A DNA stretch of 26,947 bases, from the IMG/VR virus record IMGVR_UViG_2744054854_000001, positions 1 to 26,947 of that record; one strand, given 5' to 3'. Shown here piece after piece: positions 1-8,098 of this stretch. Each line of letters begins with the position of its first letter. Positions within the stretch are counted from its first letter, which is position 1. A program made the translations under genes and the position numbers. The stretch is from a virus (lineage: Duplodnaviria; Heunggongvirae; Uroviricota; Caudoviricetes). Below the pieces are notes generated by a model that was given only the letters and a program-made list of their open reading frames with translations, did no database searches and was not told the DNA's origin.

Positions 1-167
1 CAGAGGCTTTTTCCTCTGCTGTAAATGTTCGTCTCATTCAAAAAACCTCCGCAACCCCATGTTTTCACATAACTGTTGCGTTGACCAATTGAATCTACAA
101 CCGCGCTCTTGATGTCAGACTCCCTGAACAATTCTCGTTAATCGGGAAACTCAGAGCGCAGTATCCT

Positions 168-716
168 GTGGTCACACTTTGCCACGTGTTCGGGGTTCAT
201 CGCAGCAGCTACAAATACTGGGGAAAAAGCCTCGAAAAGCCAGATGGCAGGCGAGCTGTGTTACGCAGTCAGGTTCTGGAGCTGCATAACATCAGTCATG
301 GTTCTGCTGGCGCAAGAAGTATCGCGATTATGGCAACCCTGAGAGGCTTTAAAATGGGACGCTGGCTTGCCGGAAAGCTCATGAAAGAACTGGGTCTGGT
401 GAGTTATCAGCAGCCTACCCACCGATATAAACGTGGTGGTCATGAACACATAGTTATCCCGAATCGCCTTGAGCGACAGTTCGCAGTGACTGCACTGGCT
501 CATCGCGACTGGACACGCTTTGTTGAGATAGAGATTGGCTTGTATAGCAATCGATTTGAAGTTATTAGCCCAGGGGCGCTGAATAATTCGATGTCGGTTG
601 AAAAGATGGTTGCAGGTCAGCGTTCACCACGTAATACGATTATCATGGAAGTCTTACGTGATTATGGTTACGTTGATTTCAGGGGATGGGAGTCAGGACA
701 AAGATTATTCCACTAA
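168..716 (+). pseudogene. IS3-family transposase OrfB-like remnant; only the N-terminal ~110 codons look transposase-like, the rest is degenerate
   Basis: Translation [17 protein letters not shown] ... [41 protein letters not shown] ... [20 protein letters not shown] fits the conserved N-terminal region of IS3-family OrfB; no DDE catalytic region follows; no intact upstream orfA frame. Confidence 0.45.
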
Positions 717-857
717 CACAGGCCATGAGTGGCCAATACCCTGAGTTTACTGCAACAGATGATTATTTGAAAACAATACTTTATCGCTCACCATCGTCTT
801 GATATATAAGGTCTGGCCTTTCCATCCATAAGAAAGGCCATTGCTGTAAAAAATAAA

Positions 858-1484
858 TTACCCGCGACTGCAGCCGAAATTACGGTCCCCATCACCGACT
901 ATTTTAGTTCTTACTTTGGTCATGTAATCCACCCTGTTCATCAAATCGCTATAAGTCTGCTCAAAGTTGTCCCTTTTACGATTTAGGAGATATTTTCCAT
1001 TTGATGGGTAATTAACTAGCTTCCCAGAGTCATCTATCGGGATGCCAAGTGCACTGTACCAGGCTGTTGTTATCATTGTACGTAACGTGTTACGCTTTAA
1101 GTCATAATCCCCCAAATGATAATAAGCATCCTGATTGAAACACAATATCAGATGGTAATGCCGTTTTCCATTTTTGGTATATTCTCGGACCCATGCGTAA
1201 CGTAAGGTTGAATGTCGGGTATCAGGCCAGTCTTTTCGTTGAGTTTTAATATGCTTATCGTGTTCAAGCTTTGCTTTTAACGCACTGGTAAAGCGAGATA
1301 TAGCACCAGAGTCAACTCTGGGTTGAAAGAATGGGTTATCCATATTTTCTGTATCAATTGGATCATGCAGATCAACACGAAGAATCATTGAGTTAGGATG
1401 TTCGTTGAGGGAGTCATCAATAACCTGTTGTATTCTATCCCGATATAGGGATACGTGTGATCCGAATTCACTATCGTATGTCAT
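858..1484 (-). CDS. YagK/YfjJ-family protein (inovirus Gp2-like), with an HUH-like motif
   Basis: 208-aa ORF; motif KRHYHLILCF (H-hydrophobic-H then hydrophobics) followed by Tyr-rich segment; position next to yfjI-like and alpA as in CP4-57/CP4-6 islands. Confidence 0.55.
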   Translation of the reverse strand: MTYDSEFGSHVSLYRDRIQQVIDDSLNEHPNSMILRVDLHDPIDTENMDNPFFQPRVDSGAISRFTSALKAKLEHDKHIKTQRKDWPDTRHSTLRYAWVREYTKNGKRHYHLILCFNQDAYYHLGDYDLKRNTLRTMITTAWYSALGIPIDDSGKLVNYPSNGKYLLNRKRDNFEQTYSDLMNRVDYMTKVRTKIVGDGDRNFGCSRG

Positions 1485-1614
1485 ATTGTATCCTATTTAT
1501 TGATATTGGTGTAGGTAATATATACAATATATATTACCTATCATGATAACAAACTATTAGCCGGACTGGGCTCGGTGTTTGTTTTTACTCCTGAATTAAA
1601 ATCATTTGTTATCA

Positions 1615-3030
1615 TCAAAGCACGGGGTTTAAACCAGCTATGGTTATCAATGTGGTTTTGCCTTTCTTTGCCACTAGTATTCTATTTTGAGAGTACAACA
1701 TACCGAGTAATTCATTTGCTTTACTACGCTTTCTAAATTTATTAGGACCATATTGGAGAACAGTATTTTTAGTAATGTAAGGTACAACAAGGCGGTTACA
1801 ATGATTTTTTATCCACCAATAAAGCTCATCCGCCTCCGAGATTGCGGGCGTTAATTCCTGAGGTTTAGAAAATATGTGGATGTACTCATTAACATACCAG
1901 GTAGTTATCTTCACAGCATCTTCGACTGCAGAAAGAGATATATCTCCATCATTGCCATTAAAATAATGCAGCAGAGAGGCCACTCTGGCCATATTTTCTG
2001 CGACCTTAGATGCATAGTCTCTAAAATCTGATAAGGTGCCGAGTAAGCCCATATCTGACTCCACCTTGTTATAAAATTCGATCCAGCGATTTTCTGCTTC
2101 TACAGAAAATCGCAGGCAAAGACGATCATTTTGATTATCTCTGGCAATACTTTCGTTAACTATCTCCATCAGTCGTTGATGGAATACCGGCAAATGTTCG
2201 CTTGAAACAACGGGGCTGGAGATTCTTCTGGAACCTTGCTTTGAATCAGGCTGGCATATGAGACATCGAGCGAAAAAACCGATCCCTTTGGCTGTATCGC
2301 CTTTACGTTGCAGATAACCTTTAAACACATCAGGCTGAACCATAAGTGCTAGCGTCAGTCTGGCATCTCTGATTAATTTCTCTGGCTCACTTTTCCTTTC
2401 CACTGAAAATGTTGCGCCATCCCACATTTTGTTGATGAAAGGCAGTTCGTTCAGCGTGTAACCGTTAAAAATAGTGCCAGCCTCATCAGACATGATACCG
2501 ATAGATCGCCAATAACCACAGAGGTAATCTTTAATAGCCGCAGGAGTGGCATCATTAAATATCTGCTTGAACCTGATCGGTGGTTGCTGGTGCGACGCCA
2601 ACAGCGCTTTAAGTTGTTCATTTGTCGCCAGATGATCTTTGTTACGGCGAATATCTGATTTGAGTTTTGACATCAGTGCTTTTCTTTCAAAATTAAAAAT
2701 TTCTTCATCACTTCGCCAGGTATTAAGAGCATGCGTGTACTTATCAAATAATTCTTCCTCCAGTTGATATAATGGCTTCATCAGCATTTTATCAACCGTA
2801 CTTTTCCGTTCGCCAGATTCTGCAAGTGTCAGCAAGTAAAGTGATACTGGGCTACGTAGATTAGTAAGTCGACAAACATCAATCCGGTTCTGACAGGCAA
2901 GAGATATTACCCCAAGAGCAGAAGCAGCAATCAAACCTTGAGGGGCCTGCGTATGCTGTTCCACTTCATAAATTGCATTTCTGATAATCTGAGGGAACGC
3001 ATTTACAGGAAAAGGATGACCGTTAAACAT
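1615..3030 (-). CDS. YfjI-like DUF3987-family protein (putative island replication/primase-associated protein)
   Basis: 471-aa ORF starting MFNGHPFPVNAFP; size and position directly downstream of alpA match recalled E. coli YfjI. Confidence 0.55.
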   Translation of the reverse strand: MFNGHPFPVNAFPQIIRNAIYEVEQHTQAPQGLIAASALGVISLACQNRIDVCRLTNLRSPVSLYLLTLAESGERKSTVDKMLMKPLYQLEEELFDKYTHALNTWRSDEEIFNFERKALMSKLKSDIRRNKDHLATNEQLKALLASHQQPPIRFKQIFNDATPAAIKDYLCGYWRSIGIMSDEAGTIFNGYTLNELPFINKMWDGATFSVERKSEPEKLIRDARLTLALMVQPDVFKGYLQRKGDTAKGIGFFARCLICQPDSKQGSRRISSPVVSSEHLPVFHQRLMEIVNESIARDNQNDRLCLRFSVEAENRWIEFYNKVESDMGLLGTLSDFRDYASKVAENMARVASLLHYFNGNDGDISLSAVEDAVKITTWYVNEYIHIFSKPQELTPAISEADELYWWIKNHCNRLVVPYITKNTVLQYGPNKFRKRSKANELLGMLYSQNRILVAKKGKTTLITIAGLNPVL

Positions 3031-3156
3031 ATAATACCTCTAATACAATTCACGTTAAAAAATTCTGCGCAAGTTGTTATTCCGCTATTAATAGCAGAAA
3101 TAGCAGGATGAAATAACTCTAATTACAACATTTTGAATGTATGTTAGGTAATTACT

Positions 3157-3369
3157 TCAAATAAGTTTGCTGCGTTGCAATAGCCATTCATCAATCTCTG
3201 ATTCAACCCATCCAACAGATTTCACTCCGAGCATTCGCTTTTTGGGGAAGGAAGCGTCGTAACGCGGTGATTTGGGGTTCAACCAGTCGTAGATTGTTGC
3301 CCTTGCCATACCAGTTTTTTGGATTACCGTAGGTAAGCGGAGTATCCTAACGGTTGATGGATTGTTCAT
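3157..3369 (-). CDS. alpA: AlpA-family transcriptional regulator (prophage regulatory protein)
   Basis: 70-aa ORF MNNPSTVRILRLPTVIQKTGMARATIYDWLNPKSPRYDASFPKKRMLGVKSVGWVESEIDEWL, near-identical in pattern to recalled AlpA of CP4-57; HTH in the N-terminal half. Confidence 0.85.
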   Translation of the reverse strand: MNNPSTVRILRLPTVIQKTGMARATIYDWLNPKSPRYDASFPKKRMLGVKSVGWVESEIDEWLLQRSKLI

Positions 3370-3494
3370 GCTTGATTGCCTCTCGTTAGTTCATTTTGGT
3401 TGTAGAAAGATTAGCGGCAAGCATTAATGCAAAAAATCCGCGTACCAAAAATACATTTTTTACAACACTTAACTAATTGATATTTGGTGTTTTT

Positions 3495-4373
3495 ATGTTG
3501 ACAGCGATTGAGTTTTGCGAAGAAATTAGTCAAAAATCGGTTTGTCTTTCTGGGCAGATGGTCGAATGTGATTGGGACATATACATTGATATGCTCAGCG
3601 AAAGTTATCCTGCGATACTGAAGGAACTAAGCGAAATGCGAGATCAGTTCTGGAATTCTGATAAGGTAGGAACACGTGTGGTTTTGTATAGTGCTCCATC
3701 TCATGAAGAGTATAAATATTATACTGGTGACAGAGTGGGTCAATTAATAGAGGAATATGCTGAATTATATGATCCAGTTCAGGAATGCTGGAAAGAGTTA
3801 AAGTCACGTATTTTCAGGGGAACATTTTCTCATCTTATTCAGGATCCTTTTTTAATTAATGATGTGTTTAAATCACATCTATTTTTTGCCTCGATGTCTT
3901 ATCAATGGGGAAAATCAGTTATGTCAGAGAATGAGTGTGTTGCTATTAAAGCATTCATTAAATCTTCTGAATTATTTGATAGATGTATTGGTATGTCATG
4001 GTTTCATGTTTCTGTATGTGCTCAAAAAAAATTATCCCATGTTAGAGCTAAAGCCGGAAAACAAGGTGGGAGCAGTAAAGCGGAAGTATATCGAGTAATT
4101 CAAGATAAACTTGTTTATTTGATCAATGAATCTGTTCCTGAAGGTGGGTGGAAAAGTAAAGCAGCTGCGGTAAATGCTCTCATTGATCCTTTGTGGGACT
4201 TTATTAAAGAGTCAAATTTTGACATTAATAATGAAAGTAAAAAATATCGTATCGCAACAATGAGCCAAGATGCTTTGGAAGATACCATTATTAAAAACTG
4301 GTCAAGAAATATTGAAAGTATCAAATTGGCTTTAGATAATACAGTTGCTAGAAAAAAGAAAGTCACAGGATAA
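3495..4373 (+). CDS. hypothetical protein, AT-rich cargo gene between integrase and alpA (YfjH-position)
   Basis: Long open frame (track 3477..4373; ATG at 3495 preferred over the TTG); no recognisable motif; markedly AT-rich relative to flanks; divergent from alpA. Confidence 0.5.
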   Translation: MLTAIEFCEEISQKSVCLSGQMVECDWDIYIDMLSESYPAILKELSEMRDQFWNSDKVGTRVVLYSAPSHEEYKYYTGDRVGQLIEEYAELYDPVQECWKELKSRIFRGTFSHLIQDPFLINDVFKSHLFFASMSYQWGKSVMSENECVAIKAFIKSSELFDRCIGMSWFHVSVCAQKKLSHVRAKAGKQGGSSKAEVYRVIQDKLVYLINESVPEGGWKSKAAAVNALIDPLWDFIKESNFDINNESKKYRIATMSQDALEDTIIKNWSRNIESIKLALDNTVARKKKVTG

Positions 4374-4399
4374 AAGCCCGTATTATTAATAGTTGAATT

Positions 4400-4424
4400 A
4401 TCAGCACCCATTATGGGTGCTGAT
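4400..4424. terminator. perfect hairpin between convergent genes (bidirectional terminator candidate)
   Basis: atcagcaccc / gggtgctgat inverted repeat with short loop lying between the 3' ends of the cargo ORF (+) and the integrase (-); flanks AT-rich but no clean U-tract. Confidence 0.4.
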
Positions 4425-4431
4425 AAAGGAT

Positions 4432-5673
4432 TCATCCCACAAGCCGTATTCCCCTAACCCCACTATTAACGATACTGCCGCTATCTGCTGCTTTTACAAA
4501 ATCAGCCCACCATTGCATCATCGGACGACGTTGCTCAAGATAATCACTGCGGTTATAAGCGCGACGCACCTCATTTTTGTCTACATGAGCAAGCGCTGCT
4601 TCAATGACATCAGGTGGAAATCCTTCCTCATTGAGTGCCGTACTGGCGATAGAACGCAAGCCGTGTGAAACAAGTACACCTCCTAAGCCAGCACGCTTGA
4701 GTGCTGCATTCACTGTTTGGCTATTCATTGGTTGGTTGGGCTTGATACGGCTAGGAAAGATAAATTCTCGGCCACCACTGAGAGGCTTCATCATTTCCAG
4801 AATAGCAAGAGCCCCATCAGATAGTGGAACCGTATGGTCCCGGTTCATCTTCATTCGAGCTGCAGGAATTTTCCATTCGCTAGCATTGAAATCGATCTCA
4901 TCCCATCGAGCCTCAGCAGCTTCGGCAGGGCGGGTGATGGTTAGAAGTTGCCACATGAACAGGCATCGTGTGGACAGGCTGATACTTGCCGTGCGCATAG
5001 TCTGCATTAATTGTGGAAGTTGATCCGGGCGGATACTAGGCATGTTTTTCTTCTGCGGTTTCTCGAATGCTTTCCCGATGTTAACGCTGGGAACAGCATC
5101 AATTAGGCCTGTGTTCTGAGCATAAATCATGACTTCGTTAATACGCTGACAAAGGCGGCGAACAGTCTCTAATGCACCTCTGGCCTGAACCGGCTGCACT
5201 GCTTTAACCAGAGTATGAGCCTTAATCTCGGTGACACTGATATCACCGATTGCTGGGAAAACATCTCTCTCAAGCGAGCGCCAGATATCATCGGCATAGT
5301 CCTCTGTTACGCTGGCTTTCTTCACATTCCACCAACGCTCGGCAACTAACAGGAAAGTGTTGGTTTTAGCCTCTTGAGAATTTCTAACCTGCTCTTTCTG
5401 ATGTTCCTGAGGATCAATGTCTTTCGCCAATAAAACTCGAGATTCAGCTCTGAGTTTACGCGCATCAGAAAGGGAGACAGCAGGGTAGGCTCCGAAGCTT
5501 TGCTTGGTTCGCTGTTTTGTCAGAGGTCGATAGTAACGGAATTGCCAGAGCTTACTACCACTGGACTTGATTAACAGAGTAAGCCCGTCACCATCATATA
5601 GCTGGTAATCGGCATCTTTAGGTTTGGCGGCTTTGATTTCCGTATCGGTTAACGGCTTGGTTTTTCTTGCCAT
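4432..5673 (-). CDS. intA: tyrosine integrase, CP4-57 IntA-like
   Basis: ORF track 4432..5709; preferred start ATG at 5673 giving MARKTKPLTDTEIKAAKPKD, the typical N-terminus of P4/CP4-57-type integrases, with GGAG RBS upstream; C-terminal HGLRS...Y catalytic region. Confidence 0.85.
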   Translation of the reverse strand: MARKTKPLTDTEIKAAKPKDADYQLYDGDGLTLLIKSSGSKLWQFRYYRPLTKQRTKQSFGAYPAVSLSDARKLRAESRVLLAKDIDPQEHQKEQVRNSQEAKTNTFLLVAERWWNVKKASVTEDYADDIWRSLERDVFPAIGDISVTEIKAHTLVKAVQPVQARGALETVRRLCQRINEVMIYAQNTGLIDAVPSVNIGKAFEKPQKKNMPSIRPDQLPQLMQTMRTASISLSTRCLFMWQLLTITRPAEAAEARWDEIDFNASEWKIPAARMKMNRDHTVPLSDGALAILEMMKPLSGGREFIFPSRIKPNQPMNSQTVNAALKRAGLGGVLVSHGLRSIASTALNEEGFPPDVIEAALAHVDKNEVRRAYNRSDYLEQRRPMMQWWADFVKAADSGSIVNSGVRGIRLVG

Positions 5674-5796
5674 GGGGAGTCTCCATGCGTTTAGGCCCAA
5701 CGAAAACAATAGAGCTTTTCGTTGGGCCTATCAATGGGCCTAAAAGGTTCGGATTTAATTAGTTCTCTTCGGACTTCGCGGGACAAAGTGAGGGCA

Positions 5797-5830
5797 CAAA
5801 AAAGCCCGCAGGGCTTGCGCCGTGCGGGCT
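5797..5830 (-). terminator. rho-independent terminator downstream of the ssrA 3' end copy
   Basis: On the minus strand: AGCCCGCA ... TGCGGGCT stem followed by TTTTTT. Confidence 0.55.
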
Positions 5831-5876
5831 CTTAGGACTTCATCGGATGACTCTGGTAATCACCGATGGAGAATTT

Positions 5877-5921
5877 TGGTGGAGCTGGCGGGAGTTGAAC
5901 CCGCGTCCGAAATTCCTACAT
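5877..5921 (-). other. attachment-site core: 45-nt copy of the tmRNA (ssrA) 3' end (attR-type remnant, not an intact tmRNA gene)
   Basis: TGGTGGAGCTGGCGGGAGTTGAACCCGCGTCCGAAATTCCTACAT is the reverse complement of the recalled 3' end of E. coli tmRNA (...GAUGUAGGAAUUUCGGACGCGGGUUCAACUCCCGCCAGCUCCACCA); the match stops at 5921 and the upstream sequence is unrelated AT-rich DNA followed by a phage integrase. Confidence 0.8.
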
Positions 5922-6038
5922 ACCATTTTTACACTAACGAAATCATATTTTTTCATTTTAAATCATGATGTTAGTGTTAATCTGTGTTTGCTTGTTTTAC
6001 TTGTTTTTAGTGCTCTGCCGCCAAAGTGCCGCCATTTA

Positions 6039-7064
6039 TTAGCGATGCCAGTTGAGGTTATGAAGTGGATTTTTGGTAACGGCATCTTCCAGATGATCCG
6101 GTGCAAAATGGGCATAAATCATGGTCATTTTAATATCAGCGTGCCCTAAAATATCCCTCAATACTAAAATGTTTCCGCCGTTCATCATAAAGTGGCTGGC
6201 GAAAGTGTGGCGCAGAACGTGGGTACATTGACCTTCAGGTAGTTCAATTCCAGCTCGTTTTACCGCACGCTCAAAAGCCTTTCGGCATGGTGTGAATAAC
6301 TTTCCTCTGTTTTTGGGTAATTCTTCATACAGTTCCTGAGAAATAGGAACAGTTCGGTTTTTCTTTCCTTTTGTTTTGGTATAGGTAATTCGATACTTTG
6401 ATATCTGGTTACCTTGCAGGTTTTCGGCTTCGCTCCATCTTGCCCCGGTTGCCAGACAAATCTTGGCAATCATTAGCAGACTGGGACTTTGAGATTCAGC
6501 ACAAGCGTCAAGCAGGCGTTTGATTTCATCAGCAGCAAGGAACGCCAGTTCACCCTCTGCAATTTTGAAAGTTGGCAGACCGGCGAGAGGGTTGGGTGCA
6601 GACCAATGTCCCAGCTTTTTCAGTGTGCCAAAAACTGAGGATAGGTTACGTTGTTCAAGGTTCACCGTTCTGGGCTTAACTGGTGACATGAGCACACCAT
6701 CTTCGTTTTTGACCTCACCTTTTAATCTGGCTTCCCGGTATTTTGTGAAATCACCTGCTGTCAATTCAGAAGCGATGGGATCGCCAAGCCCATTACAAAT
6801 GATTTTTAACTTAGCCATTAATCGCTTAGGGTCAGCGAGTGTCTGACCGTACAGGGAATACCATTGCTCAATCACTTCTGACAGTTGTCGCCGATCTTCC
6901 TTTTCTCCCAGCCAAGGTTTCTTGTTTACCTCGTCCATGGTGAAATTCTCAAACGCAATGGCTTCGCCTTTCGTCGCAAATTGTTTGCGTACGCGTTTGC
7001 CATCTCGCCCGTTTGGGTAGCATTCACATAACCACTTTCCGTTCGGCTGTTTTCTGATGGTCAT
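6039..7064 (-). CDS. int: prophage tyrosine integrase (P2/186 family)
   Basis: 341-aa ORF, catalytic HxLRHTFAS...Y region near C-terminus; start codon 1 nt from the stop of the upstream repressor gene (cI-int operon); 3' end adjacent to the att core. Confidence 0.9.
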   Translation of the reverse strand: MTIRKQPNGKWLCECYPNGRDGKRVRKQFATKGEAIAFENFTMDEVNKKPWLGEKEDRRQLSEVIEQWYSLYGQTLADPKRLMAKLKIICNGLGDPIASELTAGDFTKYREARLKGEVKNEDGVLMSPVKPRTVNLEQRNLSSVFGTLKKLGHWSAPNPLAGLPTFKIAEGELAFLAADEIKRLLDACAESQSPSLLMIAKICLATGARWSEAENLQGNQISKYRITYTKTKGKKNRTVPISQELYEELPKNRGKLFTPCRKAFERAVKRAGIELPEGQCTHVLRHTFASHFMMNGGNILVLRDILGHADIKMTMIYAHFAPDHLEDAVTKNPLHNLNWHR

Positions 7065-7065
7065 A

Positions 7066-7698
7066 TCAAAGGCTCTTAATGATTTTCAGTGCGCGGCCTA
7101 TTACCTTAATGTCATCCAGTTCGCACTCAAACGATGAATCATCCTGATGCACTACTAATCTGTTTCCCGGGAGTCGTGTCAATTTTACAATGCTTTTTAT
7201 CCCGTCGATGTCCACTAACCACGTACCATTTACTGGTGGTGTTTGGTTGCGATCTATTAAATAAGAATCACCAGAAGTAGTCACCAGCAGCAGGTTGCTT
7301 GAGTCTGAGGGGAGTATGCTGCTATCAATGATTGCTTTTCCAGCATCGACCAATAAACCACCGTTGAGAGTTGCCTTTTCAATTTCAGGAGATACAAGCT
7401 CAGAAAGAGGTTTAACCTTGCTGGGGTTCACGGAATTGATATTTTTTTTAGGGTCAATGTTTGAACCTGGCTCGCCCTGTCCGGTGGTTAGCCATAGTAA
7501 AGAAACTCCTGTTTCCAAGGCGCACTGAATCACCCATTCTGCGGGAAAGCTATCTCTTAAGTATCTGTTTGCCATAGTGCTTTTTGATGCACCTAAGTGA
7601 TCGCAAAGTTGCTGTCTGGACTTGAAATCATAGGCTGCCATTAGTCTATGGATAGCCTCTCTTCCCCCTGTATTCTCGCCAGCTTTTACCTGTATCAT
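7066..7698 (-). CDS. cI: 186-type CI immunity repressor
   Basis: 210-aa ORF; N-terminal HTH and C-terminal segment TWLVDIDGIKSIVKLTRLPGNRLVV...FECELDDIKVIGRA closely resembling recalled 186 CI (LWLVDIEGAISIRELTKLPGRKL...FECGIDDIKTLGRV). Confidence 0.8.
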   Translation of the reverse strand: MIQVKAGENTGGREAIHRLMAAYDFKSRQQLCDHLGASKSTMANRYLRDSFPAEWVIQCALETGVSLLWLTTGQGEPGSNIDPKKNINSVNPSKVKPLSELVSPEIEKATLNGGLLVDAGKAIIDSSILPSDSSNLLLVTTSGDSYLIDRNQTPPVNGTWLVDIDGIKSIVKLTRLPGNRLVVHQDDSSFECELDDIKVIGRALKIIKSL

Positions 7699-7710
7699 TT
7701 CTTAATCCTA

Positions 7711-7762
7711 TTGACGTATCAAATATTGGATCGTAGTATCTCGATGTATCAAATATTGAATC
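7711..7762 (+). promoter_or_regulatory. lytic promoter candidate (TTGACG-N17-TAGTAT) overlapped by two 17-bp direct repeats, probable repressor operators
   Basis: TTGACG at 7711-7716, TAGTAT at 7734-7739; repeats GTATCAAATATTGGATC (7716-7732) and GTATCAAATATTGAATC (7746-7762), 16/17 identical, 30 bp apart, between divergent cI and apl. Confidence 0.45.
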
Positions 7763-7817
7763 TAATAAAACAAGATAAAACTACATAAACCAAACCTTAA
7801 TCGAGAGATACTGCACT

Positions 7818-8066
7818 ATGAGCAACGACATTTCAATTCGTGTACCAAAAGTGATGGCGACACCTGCAGAGTTCGCGGAATGGGAAGGCCGCTCTCGCGG
7901 TTCGGTATATCAAATGATTCATAATGGTAAACTCGCTAAGTTTTTGGAAAGAAAGGAAAAACCGAAAGACAGAGTATGCATACGTTACCTTGAGTACAAA
8001 AAGGAACAAGTCAGGAAAAACATGGGCCAATCCAATTTCAACTTTAATGTCATCGTTGGTGACTAA
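7818..8066 (+). CDS. apl: Apl/Cox-like excisionase and transcriptional regulator
   Basis: 82-aa ORF first gene rightward of cI with HTH-like segment TPAEFAEWEGRSRGSVYQMIHNGKL; position identical to apl of 186 / cox of P2. Confidence 0.6.
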   Translation: MSNDISIRVPKVMATPAEFAEWEGRSRGSVYQMIHNGKLAKFLERKEKPKDRVCIRYLEYKKEQVRKNMGQSNFNFNVIVGD

Positions 8067-8098
8067 GTTCAATTATGAGAACTTTCTAAGGTGGCAGC

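Larger units (their letters stand above)
1..5876. mobile_element. CP4-57-like integrative island remnant (alpA / yfjI-like / yfjJ-like / intA-like), left boundary outside window
   Basis: Gene order int - unknown ORF - alpA - DUF3987-like - YagK/YfjJ-like on the minus strand matches the recalled intA-yfjH-alpA-yfjI-yfjJ layout of E. coli CP4-57 at ssrA; visibly AT-rich cargo; IS remnant at the distal end. Confidence 0.55.

Noticed and set aside
168-716. Intact transposase gene
   Set aside because: Transposase-like similarity is confined to the N-terminal third; no DDE catalytic region; treated as a remnant.
1-5876. Left island as a bona fide P4 satellite
   Set aside because: No sid, psu, delta or alpha primase-type genes are visible in the available part; only int, alpA and YfjI/YfjJ-like genes are, so the call is kept at CP4-57-like island.
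5877-5921. Possible intact tmRNA (ssrA) gene
   Set aside because: Only the last 45 nt match; sequence upstream (5922 onward on this strand) is unrelated, so this is an att-site remnant rather than a functional RNA gene.
5847-6149. 100-aa plus-strand ORF
   Set aside because: Spans the att core, the AT-rich phage arm and the 3' end of int on the opposite strand; no RBS; not coding.
7716-7762. Possible CRISPR or other repeat array
   Set aside because: Only two repeat copies, in a promoter region between a repressor and its target operon; interpreted as operators. No CRISPR-like array anywhere in the window.
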